Shown: positions 12,659 through 27,052 of the stretch, one piece after another
Layout: every line of letters begins with the position of its first letter
Numbering within the stretch: the first letter of the stretch is position 1
From: Octopus vulgaris
Taxonomy: Eukaryota
Length of the DNA: 64,000 bases
Reading direction: 5' to 3'
NCBI GenBank assembly: GCA_951406725.2
Contig: OX597815.1
Location: forward strand, 192,448,001 to 192,512,000
Notes under the pieces: generated by a model
Told to the model about the DNA's origin: nothing
Databases searched by the model: none
The model's input: only the letters and a program-made list of their open reading frames with translations
Translations under genes and position numbers: made by a program

Positions 12659-13038
12659 GTAGGCGCAGGAGTGGCTGTGTGTTAAGTAGCTTGCTTACCA
12701 ACCACATGGTCCCACTGCATGGCACTTTGGGTAAGTGTCTTCTATTATAGCTTCGGTCCGACCAAAGCCTTGTGAGTGGATTTGGTAGATGGAAACTGCA
12801 AGAAGCCCGTTGTATATGTATATGTATGTGTGTGTATGTGTCTGTTTGTCCCCCAACATCGCTTGACAATCGATACTAGTGTGTTTACGTTCCAGTAATG
12901 TAGCAGTTCGGTAAAAGACACGGATAAAGTAAGTACTAGGCTTACAAAGAATAAGCTCTGGGGTCGATTTGTTCGACTAAAGGCGGTGCTCCAGCATGGC
13001 CGCAGTCAAATGACTGAAATAAGTAAAAGAGTAAAAGA
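12659..13038 (+). mobile_element. SINE family A
   Basis: Runs from the GTAGGCGCAGGAGTGGCTGTGTG head to the GACTGAAATAAGTAAAAGAG tail. Confidence 0.9.
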
Positions 13039-13057
13039 ATACTCCATTATCTTTTAG

Positions 13058-13450
13058 CTTTTACTTGTTTCAGTTATTAGAATGCGACCATGCTGGGGCA
13101 CCACCGTGAAGAATTTGTGGTCGAATGAATCGATCCTAGTATTTACTTTTTAATATGTGGTACTCATTGTATTGGTCATATTTAGCGAACAATTAGGTTA
13201 TAGGTAAGAAAACATACCAAGACAGGTTGTCAAGCGGTGATGGGGGACAAACAATTACAAAGACAAACAAATAGACAGACAGACAGACACATATATACAT
13301 ATATATTATATATAACAAGCTTCTTTCAGTTTCCGTTTACCGATTCCACTAATAAGGCTTTGGTTAGCTCGAGGCTAGAGTAGAAAACACTTGCCCAAGG
13401 TACCATGCAGTGGTACTGAACCCAGAACCATCTGGTTGGAGGCAAGCTTC
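13058..13450 (-). mobile_element. SINE family A, older copy, tail-to-tail with the previous copy
   Basis: Diverged reverse-complement match to family A. Confidence 0.8.
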
Positions 13451-15329
13451 TTAGCACATAGTTATGTTTGCCCTTAACTCTGCACCTAACTCTTCGTAAC
13501 GATTACAAATTTTGGTGTAAAGCCAGCAGTTTGGGGATGAACGGGTTAGTCAACTGCTTCTTATTTCATCGACCCCCAAAAGAATGAGAACAAACTCAAC
13601 TTTGACGGTATTTGAACTCACAACAGAAACAATTTTAAGAAATGTCGCTTGTCCGCCGTCATAACGAGTCCTCCAGCTCACCGCCTTAATCATAATCTCT
13701 ATAATTTCTTTTTACTGTGGGCACATGACCTGAAATGTTGGAGGAAGAGTTGAGTCGAATATGTTAACCCAGAGCTCAACTGATATTTATTTTATCGACC
13801 CCAAAAGATGAAAGGCAAAGTTGATCCCGACGAAAGTTCGACTCGGTACGTAACGAGTCGTATGAAATGCCGCTAAGCGTTTTTCTCTCACATACTAACG
13901 ATTATACCAGTTCGCCCCCTTACTGATATCGCATATAATGCAAGGTGAGATAGTTAATCAACCACGATACCCAGAACTGTGAAATCCTTTCAGATTCCAA
14001 GTCTTGTTGCTTACTCTCTGCTTCTGCCTAAGCTGCATATCACTTAAAGAAACGAGCCATAGAAAGTATGTAGATGGATCTCCAGCAGTCCCGAAGACGA
14101 ATATCCAGTCGTTCGACTGAGCATTCTGGTTTTTGGTATGATATATAGAGCATATGTATGTGTATAAAGTTTGGTGTTATGAAAACATTTTCTCTCATAT
14201 TCGCAAGAGCGAAAAATTTGGTTCTTGTATTTTAGATAGGTGTTCGGGCAAAAAGAGATTTTCAGACAATTCTTTTCTCGCTAATGCATTAACTGCTCTT
14301 TCTGCTACTGATGAAGTAAAGCTTGACGTTGTAATCTGTGATATTGAGGACTCTCCACTTGATGTAATCCTTCAACGACTACACATGTATAGCCAGGGCT
14401 ATGACATTACGTCTCTCCTGGATATTAATGGTTGACCTTCTGTCGTTCCCTCATCCATATATTTTGAGTGACCCAGAAAAGAATTACCTTAAAATACTTT
14501 CTTCACTCGGACACCTACTCAAACTGCAATATTGAAATTTTTCGCTGCTGGTCGCATAAAACAAAAAAATCTGATCGCTCATCTACGGGTTCCACCATCA
14601 TTATTAACGCTAAGACCTCCACCATCTGTCGTTCTACCAACACAACTGAAAGTCCAGTAAAATTTTGACCACACCAAACCAATCACATGCATATGAACCC
14701 AGACATGAAGTTAAATGCTTTGGTACGCACTCGATCCTCCCTCCAAAACCCCTACGCACATATCAACTCACCTCACCCCGCTTCAGCTGGTTCATATTTG
14801 TATATTTGTATATTCTTTGAGGCAACAGAAATAACTCCTTGTGGGTTCGATCCCATCTCTTAATTACCGCCCACGACTTCGTTTCGTTTTTTTTTTATGT
14901 CGCAGCACAAATAAACAAGATTTGATACTTCCACACCTCCATAAACAGAGCAGTCGCCGCTTTTTCTATGCCGTACAGTGTTGTGTTCTAATTTTTAAGA
15001 CTCTAGGTTGATTAAATTTTTGTTGCTATATCTTACAAAGCAAATGACTGCAAGGAAGCTTCCACAATGCCTCATGGGAGAGTGTGCATGTGTTTAATTT
15101 AAGTAGAAGAATTGTGTCTGTTACCTACTTTGAATTCTGAGTGACAAGTTTTTAAAATGCTATATTGTACAAGACAGCATATCACTAGGTTTACAAAAAC
15201 TAGGTCTGATTCGGTTAATACGAAACACCTTGCCTATATATACAATATATGCATGAACAGAAAAATTATTTAGCCGGACAGGTTTTAATTGTGTTGGAAT
15301 GTTATCAACTTCTGAAAATCCCTTTTAAC

Positions 15330-15930
15330 TACCTTTTGACCTACAGATTAAAAAAAATTTTTTTTTTGTAACTAAAAACTTTCAAACTTCGGGAACTGGT
15401 AGAATGTGTCATATAAAACATCTTTTACTTTTAGCGCTTCGAGAAAAAATTATGTTTACGAAGTTATTTCACGTTAAAGTTGTCGTATTTCAGTAATTTC
15501 AACCAATTAATGACGTGTAATTCAGCAGTATAAAATTACTGCTGTTGTTTGTCAACAAGAACTTCCGGCGGTGTATATTTCGTTTTTGTCACTGTTATTT
15601 ATGACAACCTTAACCCCCTAACCCTAAAACCAGTACAAACGCACGAACGATGTCATAAATAACAGTGACAAACGAAAAATACACCGTCAATAGTTGTTGT
15701 TGACAAACAACGGTAGTAATTTTATTCAGCTGAATACACGTCACTGATCGGTTGAAATTACCGAAATGCGAGAACTTTAACATGAAATTACTTCGTAAAT
15801 ATAAGTTTTTCTCAAAAATGCTAAGAGTAAAACAAGTTTTATATGACACATTCTATCAGTGTCCGAAGTTTGAAAGTGTTTAGTTACAAAAAATTATTTT
15901 TAAAATCTGTCAGTCAAAAGGTAAAGATCC
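15330..15930. mobile_element. Foldback MITE with ~280-bp inverted arms and a central TAACCC motif
   Basis: 15330-15607 is the imperfect reverse complement of 15651-15922; the right end AAAGATCC matches the 48684-49100 element. Confidence 0.85.
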
Positions 15931-16614
15931 TACCCAAGAAAACGTTGTTTACGAACCCACTATTGTTGAAATGAAAGTATGTGAGCTTGGTGCAAAGATG
16001 TTATGCTCACGGCCGTAAGGTCATCGTTTCGATTCCGGACCGTGTTCTTGATCAAAACATTGATTTCACATTGTTCTGCGATCGCTTTGACATCAGACAG
16101 GCGACATAATATGCACCTGAACAGGTAATGCCAATTTAATGAATTTAATGAAGGGAGTGATATTGTATAGCACAAACATTTGTTCGCTATAAATAAATTA
16201 TCTGCGCAGATTGTTCAGCAAGAATTTTCAAAATGCTCATCTGTCGTCTACAACAAGAAACTCCATAAAAAGCTACGGAAATTATATAACCTGAGATAAT
16301 GCTGGTGCCATTTTTTTTGTCTGGTCATGAAGTTATTCGTATATAAAGACAATGTTGTCAAAACATACGGAGTTGGCTAGAATCTATCGAGATTATATTC
16401 TATAATACAATATAACAGTGAGATAAAACACTGTTGATGCACCAGTAATGTGTTTAAACAATCGCGAAAACAATAGAAAAAGAAGCCTTGATCTCTCCAA
16501 TATACTTTACCTATATCACATTGATATCGAGAAGTTATTCTCTTTGAAAGATAACGTGAAAAAAAAGGAACTTGTTACGCACTTTTCTCGTCTTGGATTA
16601 CTGTTTCTTGATTC

Positions 16615-16667
<53 letters not shown>

Positions 16668-16981
16668 ATATACATAATATACATATGTGTGTATATACAA
16701 ATACATACACATACAATATGTGGCTGTGTGTGTTTATGTATGCATTTATATATATATGTGTGTGTGAATATATACATATATATGTGGATTTATGTATGCA
16801 TGTATGTATATATATATGTGTGTATTTATGTATGCATATATATGTGTGTGTGTGTATATATGCATATATATGTGTATTTATGTATGCATATATATGTGTG
16901 TGTATGTATATGCATATATGTGTATTTATGTAATCATATATATATGTGTGTATATATGCATATATGTGTATTTATGTATGC

Positions 16982-17018
<37 letters not shown>

Positions 17019-17025
17019 TATATGC

Positions 17026-17105
<80 letters not shown>

Positions 17106-17693
17106 AACGCACTTGAGATTTTATTCACGATCTTTTTTTTTCAATTTGTCAAGATATCCAGCAAGTATTATGAATGAATTTTGTTGAAAAGCTTCTAACT
17201 TTTGGCGGAAATATCATTTTTTTTCTTGTTCTTTTTGTTTTGTGAATCTGTTCCTGCTTCGTGCAGAATTTTCGACAAAATGACTACCACGAAGATAAAA
17301 GAGACGACTCCGATCATAATGGTAACCACCTCCGTTCTTCGGAGGAGAAGAAGAAGAATAAGAATATTTTAGACAATCGTGAAAAAACAAAAAGTACAAA
17401 GACACAAATGTATTACGCCAGGACAACAATACAATAAACATAACAGAAAACAACACTTATGGACTTGCGCAATAGTACGTCTTTCAATAAAGATTACATA
17501 AAAACCAAAATGAAGGCGTCTATGTGGTCAATCAGTCTATTAGAAATAGCAACCAAATAACCTTTCCATTTAGACTCCCCACCACCACCACAGTTTGAAG
17601 CGGTATTGAACCTACAGTTCTATATTTAAGAGATGAGGAATTATGTACATTATTTACAATTGACGGATATTTGTCCTCATCTTCTTTGTTGTT

Positions 17694-17739
17694 AACACAA
17701 CGTTTCGGCTGATATACCCTCCAGCCTTCATCAGGTGTC
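17694..17739 (-). ncRNA. Minimal type-I hammerhead ribozyme motif (Penelope type)
   Basis: GACAC-CUGAUGA-A-GGCUG(loop)CAGCC-GAAA-CGUU-GUGUU: stem I GACAC/GUGUU, 5-bp stem II, palindromic loopless helix III AACGUU. Confidence 0.65.
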
Positions 17740-17990
17740 TTGGGGAAATTTCGAACCTGGGTTCTCATTCCTAAGGTATTTTTCGACTTTATTATTATTG
17801 TTATTATTCATGTCATAATAATTATGATAACAACAACAACAACAACAATAATAATAATAATAATAATAATAACAACAACAATAACAACAGCAACAATAAT
17901 AATAATAATAATAATAACAACAACAATAACAACAGCAACAACATCGAAAAATACCTTGGGAATGAGAACTCAGGTTCGAAATTTCCCCAA

Positions 17991-18036
17991 GACACCTGAT
18001 GAAGGCTGGAGGGTATATCAGCCGAAACGTTGTGAT
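17991..18036 (+). ncRNA. Minimal type-I hammerhead ribozyme motif (Penelope type)
   Basis: Same motif as 17694-17739 with one stem I mismatch. Confidence 0.6.
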
Positions 18037-18649
18037 AACAACAAACAAGATGAGGATAAATATCTGTCAAATGTAAATAATGTAAATAATGAACCTGTTG
18101 GATAATACACTACTATACACTACTAAATAGATGGATTTATTATTGATGAAATACGTGTAATTCATGGCCGGATTAAGACCAATAGAACCCTTAAGCACTT
18201 AAAAGATTTTGGTGTCATTTTGCATGTGTAATTCAAAATTTTAATAATAATAAACCATAAGATAAATTTATATATTTCAAAATTAAACAAAACTAACGGT
18301 AAGATAGGAAGTAAGGCTTATTTTTATATATTTCCATTTTATTCATATTTGAAAAGTTTTGTCTTTGGTCAGACACCCAAAATTTATCTTACGTAACACA
18401 TCTGCATCTATACTTAGTAGAAATTAGACATCCAGCCTCAGTGCATAGTTGTTCTGGTGGGATTTTTAATATACTTCAACCAGGGACTTGCCTCTTTGGT
18501 AGGCATGGTAGGCAGTGCCTACTCTGAATGAAATAGATCGATAGTAACATTTTCTTTTTATGGTAAAATATGCACCTAATTCAATAAAATTATGAAAGTT
18601 ACTCTGATTATTATGCATAAAATGCAATATATATGTGTGTGTGTGTGTG

Positions 18650-18840
18650 TGACTGCGTGTCCCCTTCCGTCTTCCCTTCCTTGGATCTTTCCTTTTTCTA
18701 TGTTTCTGACGAAGAGCTTCGCTCGAAACGTTAAATCCTCCTTCTTTCTTTCCTGAGCATCCAATAACACTATACTTGTTCCACGTCTTCGCGTTGTTGT
18801 GTTTTCTCTGTGTTTTCATGTTTGAATTAACTATATATAT
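18650..18840 (+). mobile_element. Penelope-type terminal repeat (family G) with a hammerhead motif at 18702-18736
   Basis: GUUU-CUGACGA-A-GAGC-UUC-GCUC-GAAA-CGUU-AAAU. Confidence 0.7.
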
Positions 18841-20305
18841 TGTAGATTATGTAGGCATAATTTGCCCCAGCCTTTCAAATCTCAGTATTAAAACTACGTA
18901 CAGTACTGATGCAGTACACATGCTGCGTACATTCAACAACATTTTCTTTACGCGCTACAAAGGCAGAAATAAATCTGTCACGCCTGTGTTTCGTTTATTT
19001 TTTTTTATGAATTTTACATAAACGTCACCCGCTGCCTACTTTGAATACTTACTCACTGCACGTGCTTCATTTCACCAGATAAAATAAACGCCAAGTTGAG
19101 TAATTTATGACCATTAACATTAAAAATGCACGAAAGGCAATGTCTCCGCGTGGAAGAGTACACTCAATAATGTTTATTTTAACAAGATAAAATTACATAA
19201 AAGCCAAAATGAAGGCGTCTATGTGGTCAATCAGTCTATTAGAAAAAGCAACTAAATAACCTTTTCATTTAGACCCCCCCACCACCACCACAGTTTGAAG
19301 CAATAATGATCTTACAGTTCTATATTTAAGAGATGAGGAATTATGTACATTGTTTACATTTGACGGATATTTCTTTTTTGCCGTAAATCATTTACCATTT
19401 CTGTGGTGGTCGCCACTTCCTTTGATTTCCTAAGCACGTGCATATTTTTCTAAATGGTTAATCCAACACTGGTTTAATCACAGTTTTGGTTATCAAAGTT
19501 AATCTGGGAATAAATAACAACGAAGTCGATAGTGTCTCGATAAAGCAGAAGATAATACTTGAAACTCACAATCGAAGACAACTGAGGCGTAACGATCAAA
19601 AGCATAATGAAAAACAACAAAAACGAAAATGTAGATCATGTGATGTAATAAATAAATAAATAAACATTTTTTAATTCAAATTTTCTCGTATAATTAGATT
19701 TATAATTAATAGTCTTAAATTTTGGTACAAGGCCAACATTTTGTAGGGAGGGGAAAAACAATGACATCGATCCCAGTGCGCAACTGGTACATATTTTATC
19801 GACTCCGAAAGGATGAAGGGCAAAGTCGACTTCGACGGAATTTTAACTCAGATCGTAAGGACGGACTAAAAGCCGCTAAGCATTTTGCCTGGCGTGCTAA
19901 CGATTCTGCCAGCCTACCGCTTTGGGAATTATAAATAATATGATGTAATGAGAATCATACAATACAATGAGAAGCATAGAGTCTCTCTTGTGAGATTAAA
20001 GGTTATTATAACATCGTGGTCGATATGTTATAAAATTACGAACAAGACAGAGCGGAGAAATATTCTTTCTGTAGACAAACCTCTCTCTGATTTGTGTGTG
20101 TGTGTGTGCGCGCGCGTATGTATTTGTGTGCCTGAGGTTGTCCCCTCAACATCGTTTGACCACCGATGCTGGTGTGTTTACGTTCCCGTAACTTAGCGAT
20201 GGAATAAGTACTAGGCTTACAAAGAATAAGTCCTTGGATCGATTTGCTCGACTAAAGGCGATGCACCAGCATGGTCGCAGTCAAATAACTGAAACAAGTA
20301 AAAAG

Positions 20306-20340
<35 letters not shown>

Positions 20341-20342
<2 letters not shown>

Positions 20343-20666
20343 AGCACTCCGTCGGTTACGACGACGAGGGTCTCAGCTGATATGATCAACGGAACAGCCT
20401 GCTCGTGAAATTAACGTGCAAGTGACTGAGCAATCCACAAATACGTGTACCCTTAACGTAGTTCTCAGGGAAATTCAGTGTGTCACAGAGTGTGACAAGG
20501 CCAGCCCTTTGAAATAGAGGTACTACTCATTTTTGCCAGCTGAGTGGACTGGAGCAACGTGGAATAAAGTGTCTTGCTCAAGGACACAACGCGTCGCCGG
20601 GAATCGAACTCACGACCCGACAATCGTGAACCTGATTGCCCTAAACACTAAGCCATGCGTCTTCAC
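20341..20666 (-). mobile_element. SINE with D-type head/core and B-type tail
   Basis: GTGAAGACGCATGGCTTAGTG...GAGTTCGATTCC...GTGTCCTTGAGCAAGACACTTT, followed by the family B 3' half ending CGTCGTAACCGACGGAGTGCTCC. Confidence 0.85.
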
Positions 20667-20705
20667 GCGTATATATATATATATATATATATAGCGTCTT
20701 CACGC

Positions 20706-20745
<40 letters not shown>

Positions 20746-21418
20746 TAACCTATGTTTTTAATTATACGTATGTACACGCTCAACAAAGACAATATGTCGA
20801 TCAGTTTGTCGTGTCGTTATTTTAAAACGTGTGAACATCATTATTTTCTTTACAACTATAAATGTCAAAAATGTGAAAATTCTATTCAAACAACAAAATA
20901 TATTATCTTTTTTATTTGAAACTGTTTACAGTTTTAAATGTTTCAAAACAAAACGAAGCAAAACGGGCAATGAACAACTGTTTATAATTGCATGTTTGTA
21001 CTTAAGTTTTAACTCTTAATTAAATATTTATAAAACTTAGTTTGGCTAAAACAGTTAGACACTCTTAAAGAAAATTAAAAGGCAGGTATTTCCGTCCATG
21101 TACTGAAGTAAAGTGAATTTTCTTTACAATATTTGATTAAACACCCAATAATTATTTGTTCTACTTTGGTCTCTAACAATATATACCGGAGTATTACCGT
21201 AGGGTAAGTCGAAAAGTAAAATTTAGTTCTGTTTAACCTAATTCTAGAAAGCAGATATTGTTGCTGTTGTTGTTGTTGTTTCCTAACGCTAGGAGAACTC
21301 AGATCCACCAGACGTATATTCTAAGGTGTTCTTCAGTTCCTCGTTTTGTTCTTTTAGAGTTGTCTTTGAGAAATCTTATGTCTACCTTTTCCCATGTCTT
21401 ACTTTCTTTGAACACCAT

Positions 21419-21648
21419 TACTCTTTTACTTGTTTCAGTCATTTGACTGTGACCATGCTGGAGCACCGCCTTTAGTCGAGCAAATCGACCCCGGGACTTA
21501 TTCTTTGTAAGCCAAGTAGCCAAGTACTTATTCTATCGGTCTCTTTTGCCGAACCGCTAAGTTACAGGGACGTAAACACACCAGCATTGGTTGTCAAGCG
21601 ATGTTGGTGGTGGTGGTGGTGGTGGGGGGCAAACATACACACACACAG

Positions 21649-21681
<33 letters not shown>

Positions 21682-21838
21682 CATATATACAACGGGCTTC
21701 TTTCAGTTTCCATCTACTAAATCCACTCACAAGGCTTTGGTCGGCCCGAGGCTATAATAGAAGACGCCCAAGGTGCCATGCAATAGGACTGAACCCGGAA
21801 CCATGTGGTTCGTAAGTAAGCTACTTACCACACAGCCA
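21419..21838 (-). mobile_element. SINE family A
   Basis: Near full-length match to family A. Confidence 0.9.
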
Positions 21839-22027
21839 AGGAGTTTTAGTTGCTATTACTTGCAGACTAAATGCCCCATGTAGAACGCTCTCCTCCTGCA
21901 CACCCCGAACACACAAATACACATACTTACGCACACACATACACACACAGACAACGTGCACAACCACGCGTGCTCACACACACATACATACACAGGTATG
22001 TATATGCATATACGCCACAGTTGTGAT

Positions 22028-23494
22028 TGTACTTCAGGTAAAGTAAAAGTGGGTATAACTATAAAATAACCATTTTATTAACTAAAACGCGTCGTTTAAA
22101 CCGCGAAGATTACTGAAGTTATTCTTTCTTTGTGCAAAAGTACAACTCCTCAACACAGTCTCCGTCACAAGCCATGCATTTGTGCCATCGCTGAACCCAA
22201 CTCAAGAATTCTCTTTAAAAAAGTTAAATGTATGCACTGTTGTATCCATTTCTTCCCTGCCACTTTAAACTCGTCTGTGCCAGCAAATCTTCGTCTCAGA
22301 AGACTATTTGTCATGAACCGAGCAGATGGAAGCTGGAGAACTCCAGATCTGGGCTGAGCAGTGGATAGAAGACCACATGCCAAACACAGTTATTCAATTG
22401 ACTGACTTCTAGCCCAAGATGAGTGTGGTCGAACATTGTTATGATAAAACAGGACCGTTTTCATATCCTTGTTCGGTGTCTTTCACTTGATGGTTTCATT
22501 AGATTTATTGAATGTCTCAATGTACCGTGCGCTGCTCACTGTACATTGAAGTACCAGAAAATCAAAGAAAATGACGCCGTCCCCATCCAGAAACATAGCT
22601 ACCATGACTTTCTGTGTCTTTCACCTTTCCAGGTGCTGATACAAGAAAATGATGCTGTTCCCATTCAAAAAGATAGTTACCATGACTTTCTGTGTCGTTC
22701 GCTTTTCCAGGTGCTGATACGTTCCTAAAAATCAAAGAGGATGACACCCTTATCACCATAAAATGCACTTAACATAATTTTTTGTGACGATCATTAGCTC
22801 TTGAACATCTTACACCTTGGAGAAGAGATGTTATGTCATTCCATGGACTGAGTTTCGTTTCATCACAATATTAAGGTCATATTTCATATCTTATCATGAG
22901 ATCGGAAAAATTAACGTGTTTCTGTTGGCTTCAAACACTTCCTGTATAGCAGAGCAGACTGCCATATTACTCTCCTATAAATCTAAGTTGCTGTGGTAAC
23001 CACTTTGTACACAAATTCCAATATCCAGAGACTTTTTCCATCTTCTGTAATACATTGTGGCCAAATTCTAGTCGTGTAACCAGCTCGCGGATTGTGACTT
23101 AGTCAATGCGAATTAATTCATTCACACGCTGGCGATTAATGTTAGCGATTGCAGTTGATGGCCTCCAACTGCTTTGCTAATCTTGAATATTTCTCCTTCT
23201 TTAAACTTTTTCATTCATCTCTGCATATTGCTTTTGTTAATCGCATCGCCTCCATAAGCAACCTATAACCTATGGATATCCAATGGCTTTTACTCCTCTT
23301 TGGTTAAGAATTCGATAACGCCACGTTGCTTCTGCTTGGAGCGATTAGTTGCCAGCAATAGAAAAAAGAAATAGGTAAAAGAGTTAGTATGAAAGTAATG
23401 ACACTCAACTACATGTGCAATTTGAACGAACTGTGTCAGTTAATAAAAAAAAAGTGATACCCATTTTAACATTACTTTCACTACGACCCTCTTG
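22028..23494 (-). mobile_element. Dead mariner transposon, near full length
   Basis: N-terminus QKQRGVIEFLTKEE*KPLDIHRL; HNDNVRPH; YPLLSPDLEFSSFHLLG (a YSPDL motif); degenerate TIRs sharing (G/A)TGGGTAT(A/C)ACT...TTTTATTAACT; many stops. Confidence 0.8.
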
Positions 23495-24400
23495 TCTGTG
23501 TGAGTATGTATGTCTTTGTATGAACTGCATCTTTAAACCTTAAATCTAAAACATCTGTTAGAAATATCATACTTGTGCGGTTGTGATATTGGCTTCAAAT
23601 TTTAACACAAGACCATCTGTTTCAAGGTGGGGGAGTGTACATCAACCCAACTGCTCAGCTGGTACTTATTTTATCGACTCCGGAAGGATGAAATGCGAAG
23701 TCGATCCCGGTGACATTTGAAATCAGAGCGCAAAGCTGGAAGAAATGCTGCTAAGCATTTTGCCCTTCACGGTAACTGTTTTGTCAGCCCGCCGCCTTCA
23801 ACGACTCTTTAATATAACAATTTCAGAAACGCGGTGACTTGCAGAATGACATTGCCTTTCATCCTTTCGGGGTTGTTAAAACAGGTAGCAGTTGAACATT
23901 AGGGGTCGATTTAATCGTCTTACCGCCTCCTCCGAAATTGCTGCCAAAATTTGAAACTAATATTAAGGGTTCGTTATTTTCTCAGCACAATTGTACCCCA
24001 CAAGTGCTTAGGTACTTACAATTCAGAATTGTGTAAAAAAAAAAAAAAAAATTAAGTTGGCTCGATTTAAATTCTCCCTAACCGGTTTCCTCTCTACTTT
24101 TAATCGCATTAAAAGAAAACCGTCCATGGAAATGTGATTATCCTTAAACGATGAACGTAAATAATGTTTCACTTTATCTTATATGAATCATGTCTTTCAA
24201 ACATCCATATAAATGTATTCATGCTAGAAGATTTACTCTAGCGTACTGCGAGAACTATCATAAAAGTAATATCTCTTCACCAAGTACTACAGCAAATGCA
24301 TGTCAATCTTTACTACATATATCAATACCTCTTCTCTTTTTTTGCAAAGTTATATTGCTTCAGGCTAGAAATAGAAATTAATAGCTCTATGCCTGTATGT

Positions 24401-24446
<46 letters not shown>

Positions 24447-24949
24447 ATGTGATATAATATAATATATTATAATACAATATAACATAAATATATAATGTAT
24501 ATATATATATAATGTAATATAATATATTATATTATAATACAATATAACATTATATATATATATCTTTATAGATGTAATGGTATTAACGAAATTATATATA
24601 TATATATATCTTTATATATGTAATGGTATTAACGAAACATATAGCTGAAAAATATTCACATCATGGAATAATGTTCCTTCTACCCTGTCACATCAAAGAC
24701 CATAATTATTGAAAGTTTCAAAAAATATATGAAGAAATGAATATAAAAACAAATAAATAGATAAATATGAAAGAAAAAGGAGGATGGTTGAAACAAGGAA
24801 GAAAAGAGATGCTGATATTTAGATCCCATGTTTTTTAGTAACTTAAAAATAAGATTGTTAGAGTCGTTGACTGTACAGACAATAGGTATGAGATTTTGTA
24901 AACGTTTGATACACTCCTTGTATAAGTAACCTAACGGTTCGTTTCTTAC

Positions 24950-25010
24950 TTATATGCACACACACACACACCTGTATGTATATATATGTGTGTGTGTATG
25001 TGTATATATG

Positions 25011-25042
<32 letters not shown>

Positions 25043-25488
25043 CAAGCACACACACATATATACATACGTATACACATATATGCATACACACATACATACA
25101 TACATATATGCATACACATACATACATGCATACGCACATGCATGCATACACACATACATACACATGAATATATATACATACATGCATGCATGCATACATA
25201 CATGCATGCATACACACATGCATACATGCATGCATACACATGCATACATGCATGCATACACATTCATACATACATACATACACATACATACACACACATA
25301 CATACATGCATACACATACATACATGCATACACATACATGCATACACATACATGCATACATACATACATACATACATACATACATACATACATACATACA
25401 TACACATACATACACATACATACACATACATGCATACATACATACATACATACATACATACATAATACATGCATACACATACATACAT

Positions 25489-25523
<35 letters not shown>
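24950..25523. repeat. (TACA/TGCA/CA)n compound microsatellite
   Basis: Visible simple repeat that produces the long spurious ORFs here. Confidence 0.95.
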
Positions 25524-26328
25524 TCTAATGTGGAATTAAATCTGACAATCTGAGCTTCAATGCCGAAGGAAACAAAAATGTATAATTTACTAAATACATC
25601 AAGGTTTATATATTTTACTTGTTTTGTATTTCTTTACCTATCTTTTTTTCTCCATATTCTTCAGTTTTCATCGTTTAAATTTATGTTCAAGGAATTTTAT
25701 CTTATGCTAGGATTATCTCTTGAATAATCTCATACGTATCAGAAGTTATACCCATTTCTACTCTTTTGTTCCAAAATATGCTAAGAAAAAAAATCCTTAA
25801 TTGTAGTATTAATCTATTGTTTTTATGGCGTAGGAACAAAGATTAAAATTTTGAGGGAAGCGTACAATCGAATGCAGTACTCTGCTGTCATGTATAATCC
25901 TCGACACTGGAGACCCTCGAGTTAAGTGGGTCTGCTAGGGTTTGAACTCACTGTCGTAAAGGGATATAACAAAGCATTTTATCTAACACTGTCCGACCGT
26001 CTCATCTCTTATCTCCCCTTGCTGTTCGCGTAACAAGAGACAGAGCTGGATCTCACCATATCCTATCACTATTGTAGTCTTTCTGCTTCTGTCCCATCTA
26101 GTTGCCTATAAAAGGGGGATAGCATCGGATCTGTTCATATCCAATATACTTTATCATCACCGCTTGCCGCAGTGCTAGACGTTGCTTCCTTCCCTTACCT
26201 CTTGGTTATTGACGTTCAAAGCTCGTTCTTACTGTCAACAATTTCTATTCCTTTTCTTTCCCAGATGCAAACAGCTAGATGTCTTTACTGTTTCTTTCCA
26301 TCAATCTGTTTTCGGTATTAATTTTCTA

Positions 26329-26562
26329 TAAGGCGGCCAGCTGGCAGAAACGTTAGCACGCCGGGCGAAATGCTTTGCGGTATTTCGTCTGCCGCTACGT
26401 TCTGAGTTCAAATTCCGCCGAGGTCGACTTTGCCTTTCATCCTTTCGGGGTCGATTAAATAAGTACCAGTTACGCACTGGGGTCGATGTAATTGACTTAA
26501 TCTGTTTGTCTGTCCTTGTTTGTCCCCTCTGTGTTTAGCCCCTTGTGGGTAGTAAAGAAATA
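26329..26562 (+). mobile_element. SINE family C (type-2 tail), full length
   Basis: 15-bp TSD GGTATTAATTTTCTA at 26314-26328 and 26563-26577. Confidence 0.92.
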
Positions 26563-27052
26563 GGTATTAATTTTCTACATACACAATGACTTAATCGAAG
26601 AAGAGAAATTACTGGAAATTGTAACATTCAAATCAATTGCATTGAAATTAAAAGTGAATTAAGTTACACAGGTGAATTGCGATAGATTTTACAAAGAATC
26701 GAAAGTAGCACACAAGACAAGCTTACTAATGGAGTAATAAAAGAGTAGAAGTCGGAATGTGATGTGTAACATCGTTTCAGTGTCAAACTCTGTTTTCCTT
26801 TTTATTTCTTTTCTCGTGAATCTCTTTCGTTTCGTGTCTCTTCTTCTCTCTGTGCCTCACACTGATTCTATCTTTCTATCTCTTCCACGCTTTCACACAC
26901 ACGTTTTATCTCTCATTTTTCTTATATGACACACTGTATACTCAGTATATCTTGGAATATTGGTTTCAAATTTTACCACAGAGTTAGCAAATTTGGATAA
27001 AGGTTTAAGTTAATTACATCGCCATCCGTGCTCAAATGATACTTATTTTATC

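Larger units (their letters stand above)
17640..18090. mobile_element. Inverted pair of Penelope-type repeats separated by (AAT/AAC)n
   Basis: Arms ~17640-17787 and ~17944-18090 are near-identical reverse complements, each with a hammerhead-like core. Confidence 0.8.

Noticed and set aside
13990-14670. Complex unique-looking sequence with a 93-aa ORF and a signal-peptide-like stretch
   Set aside because: Stops in all frames, no consistent splice phase and no recognisable domain; possibly an old retroelement ORF1 but unsupported.
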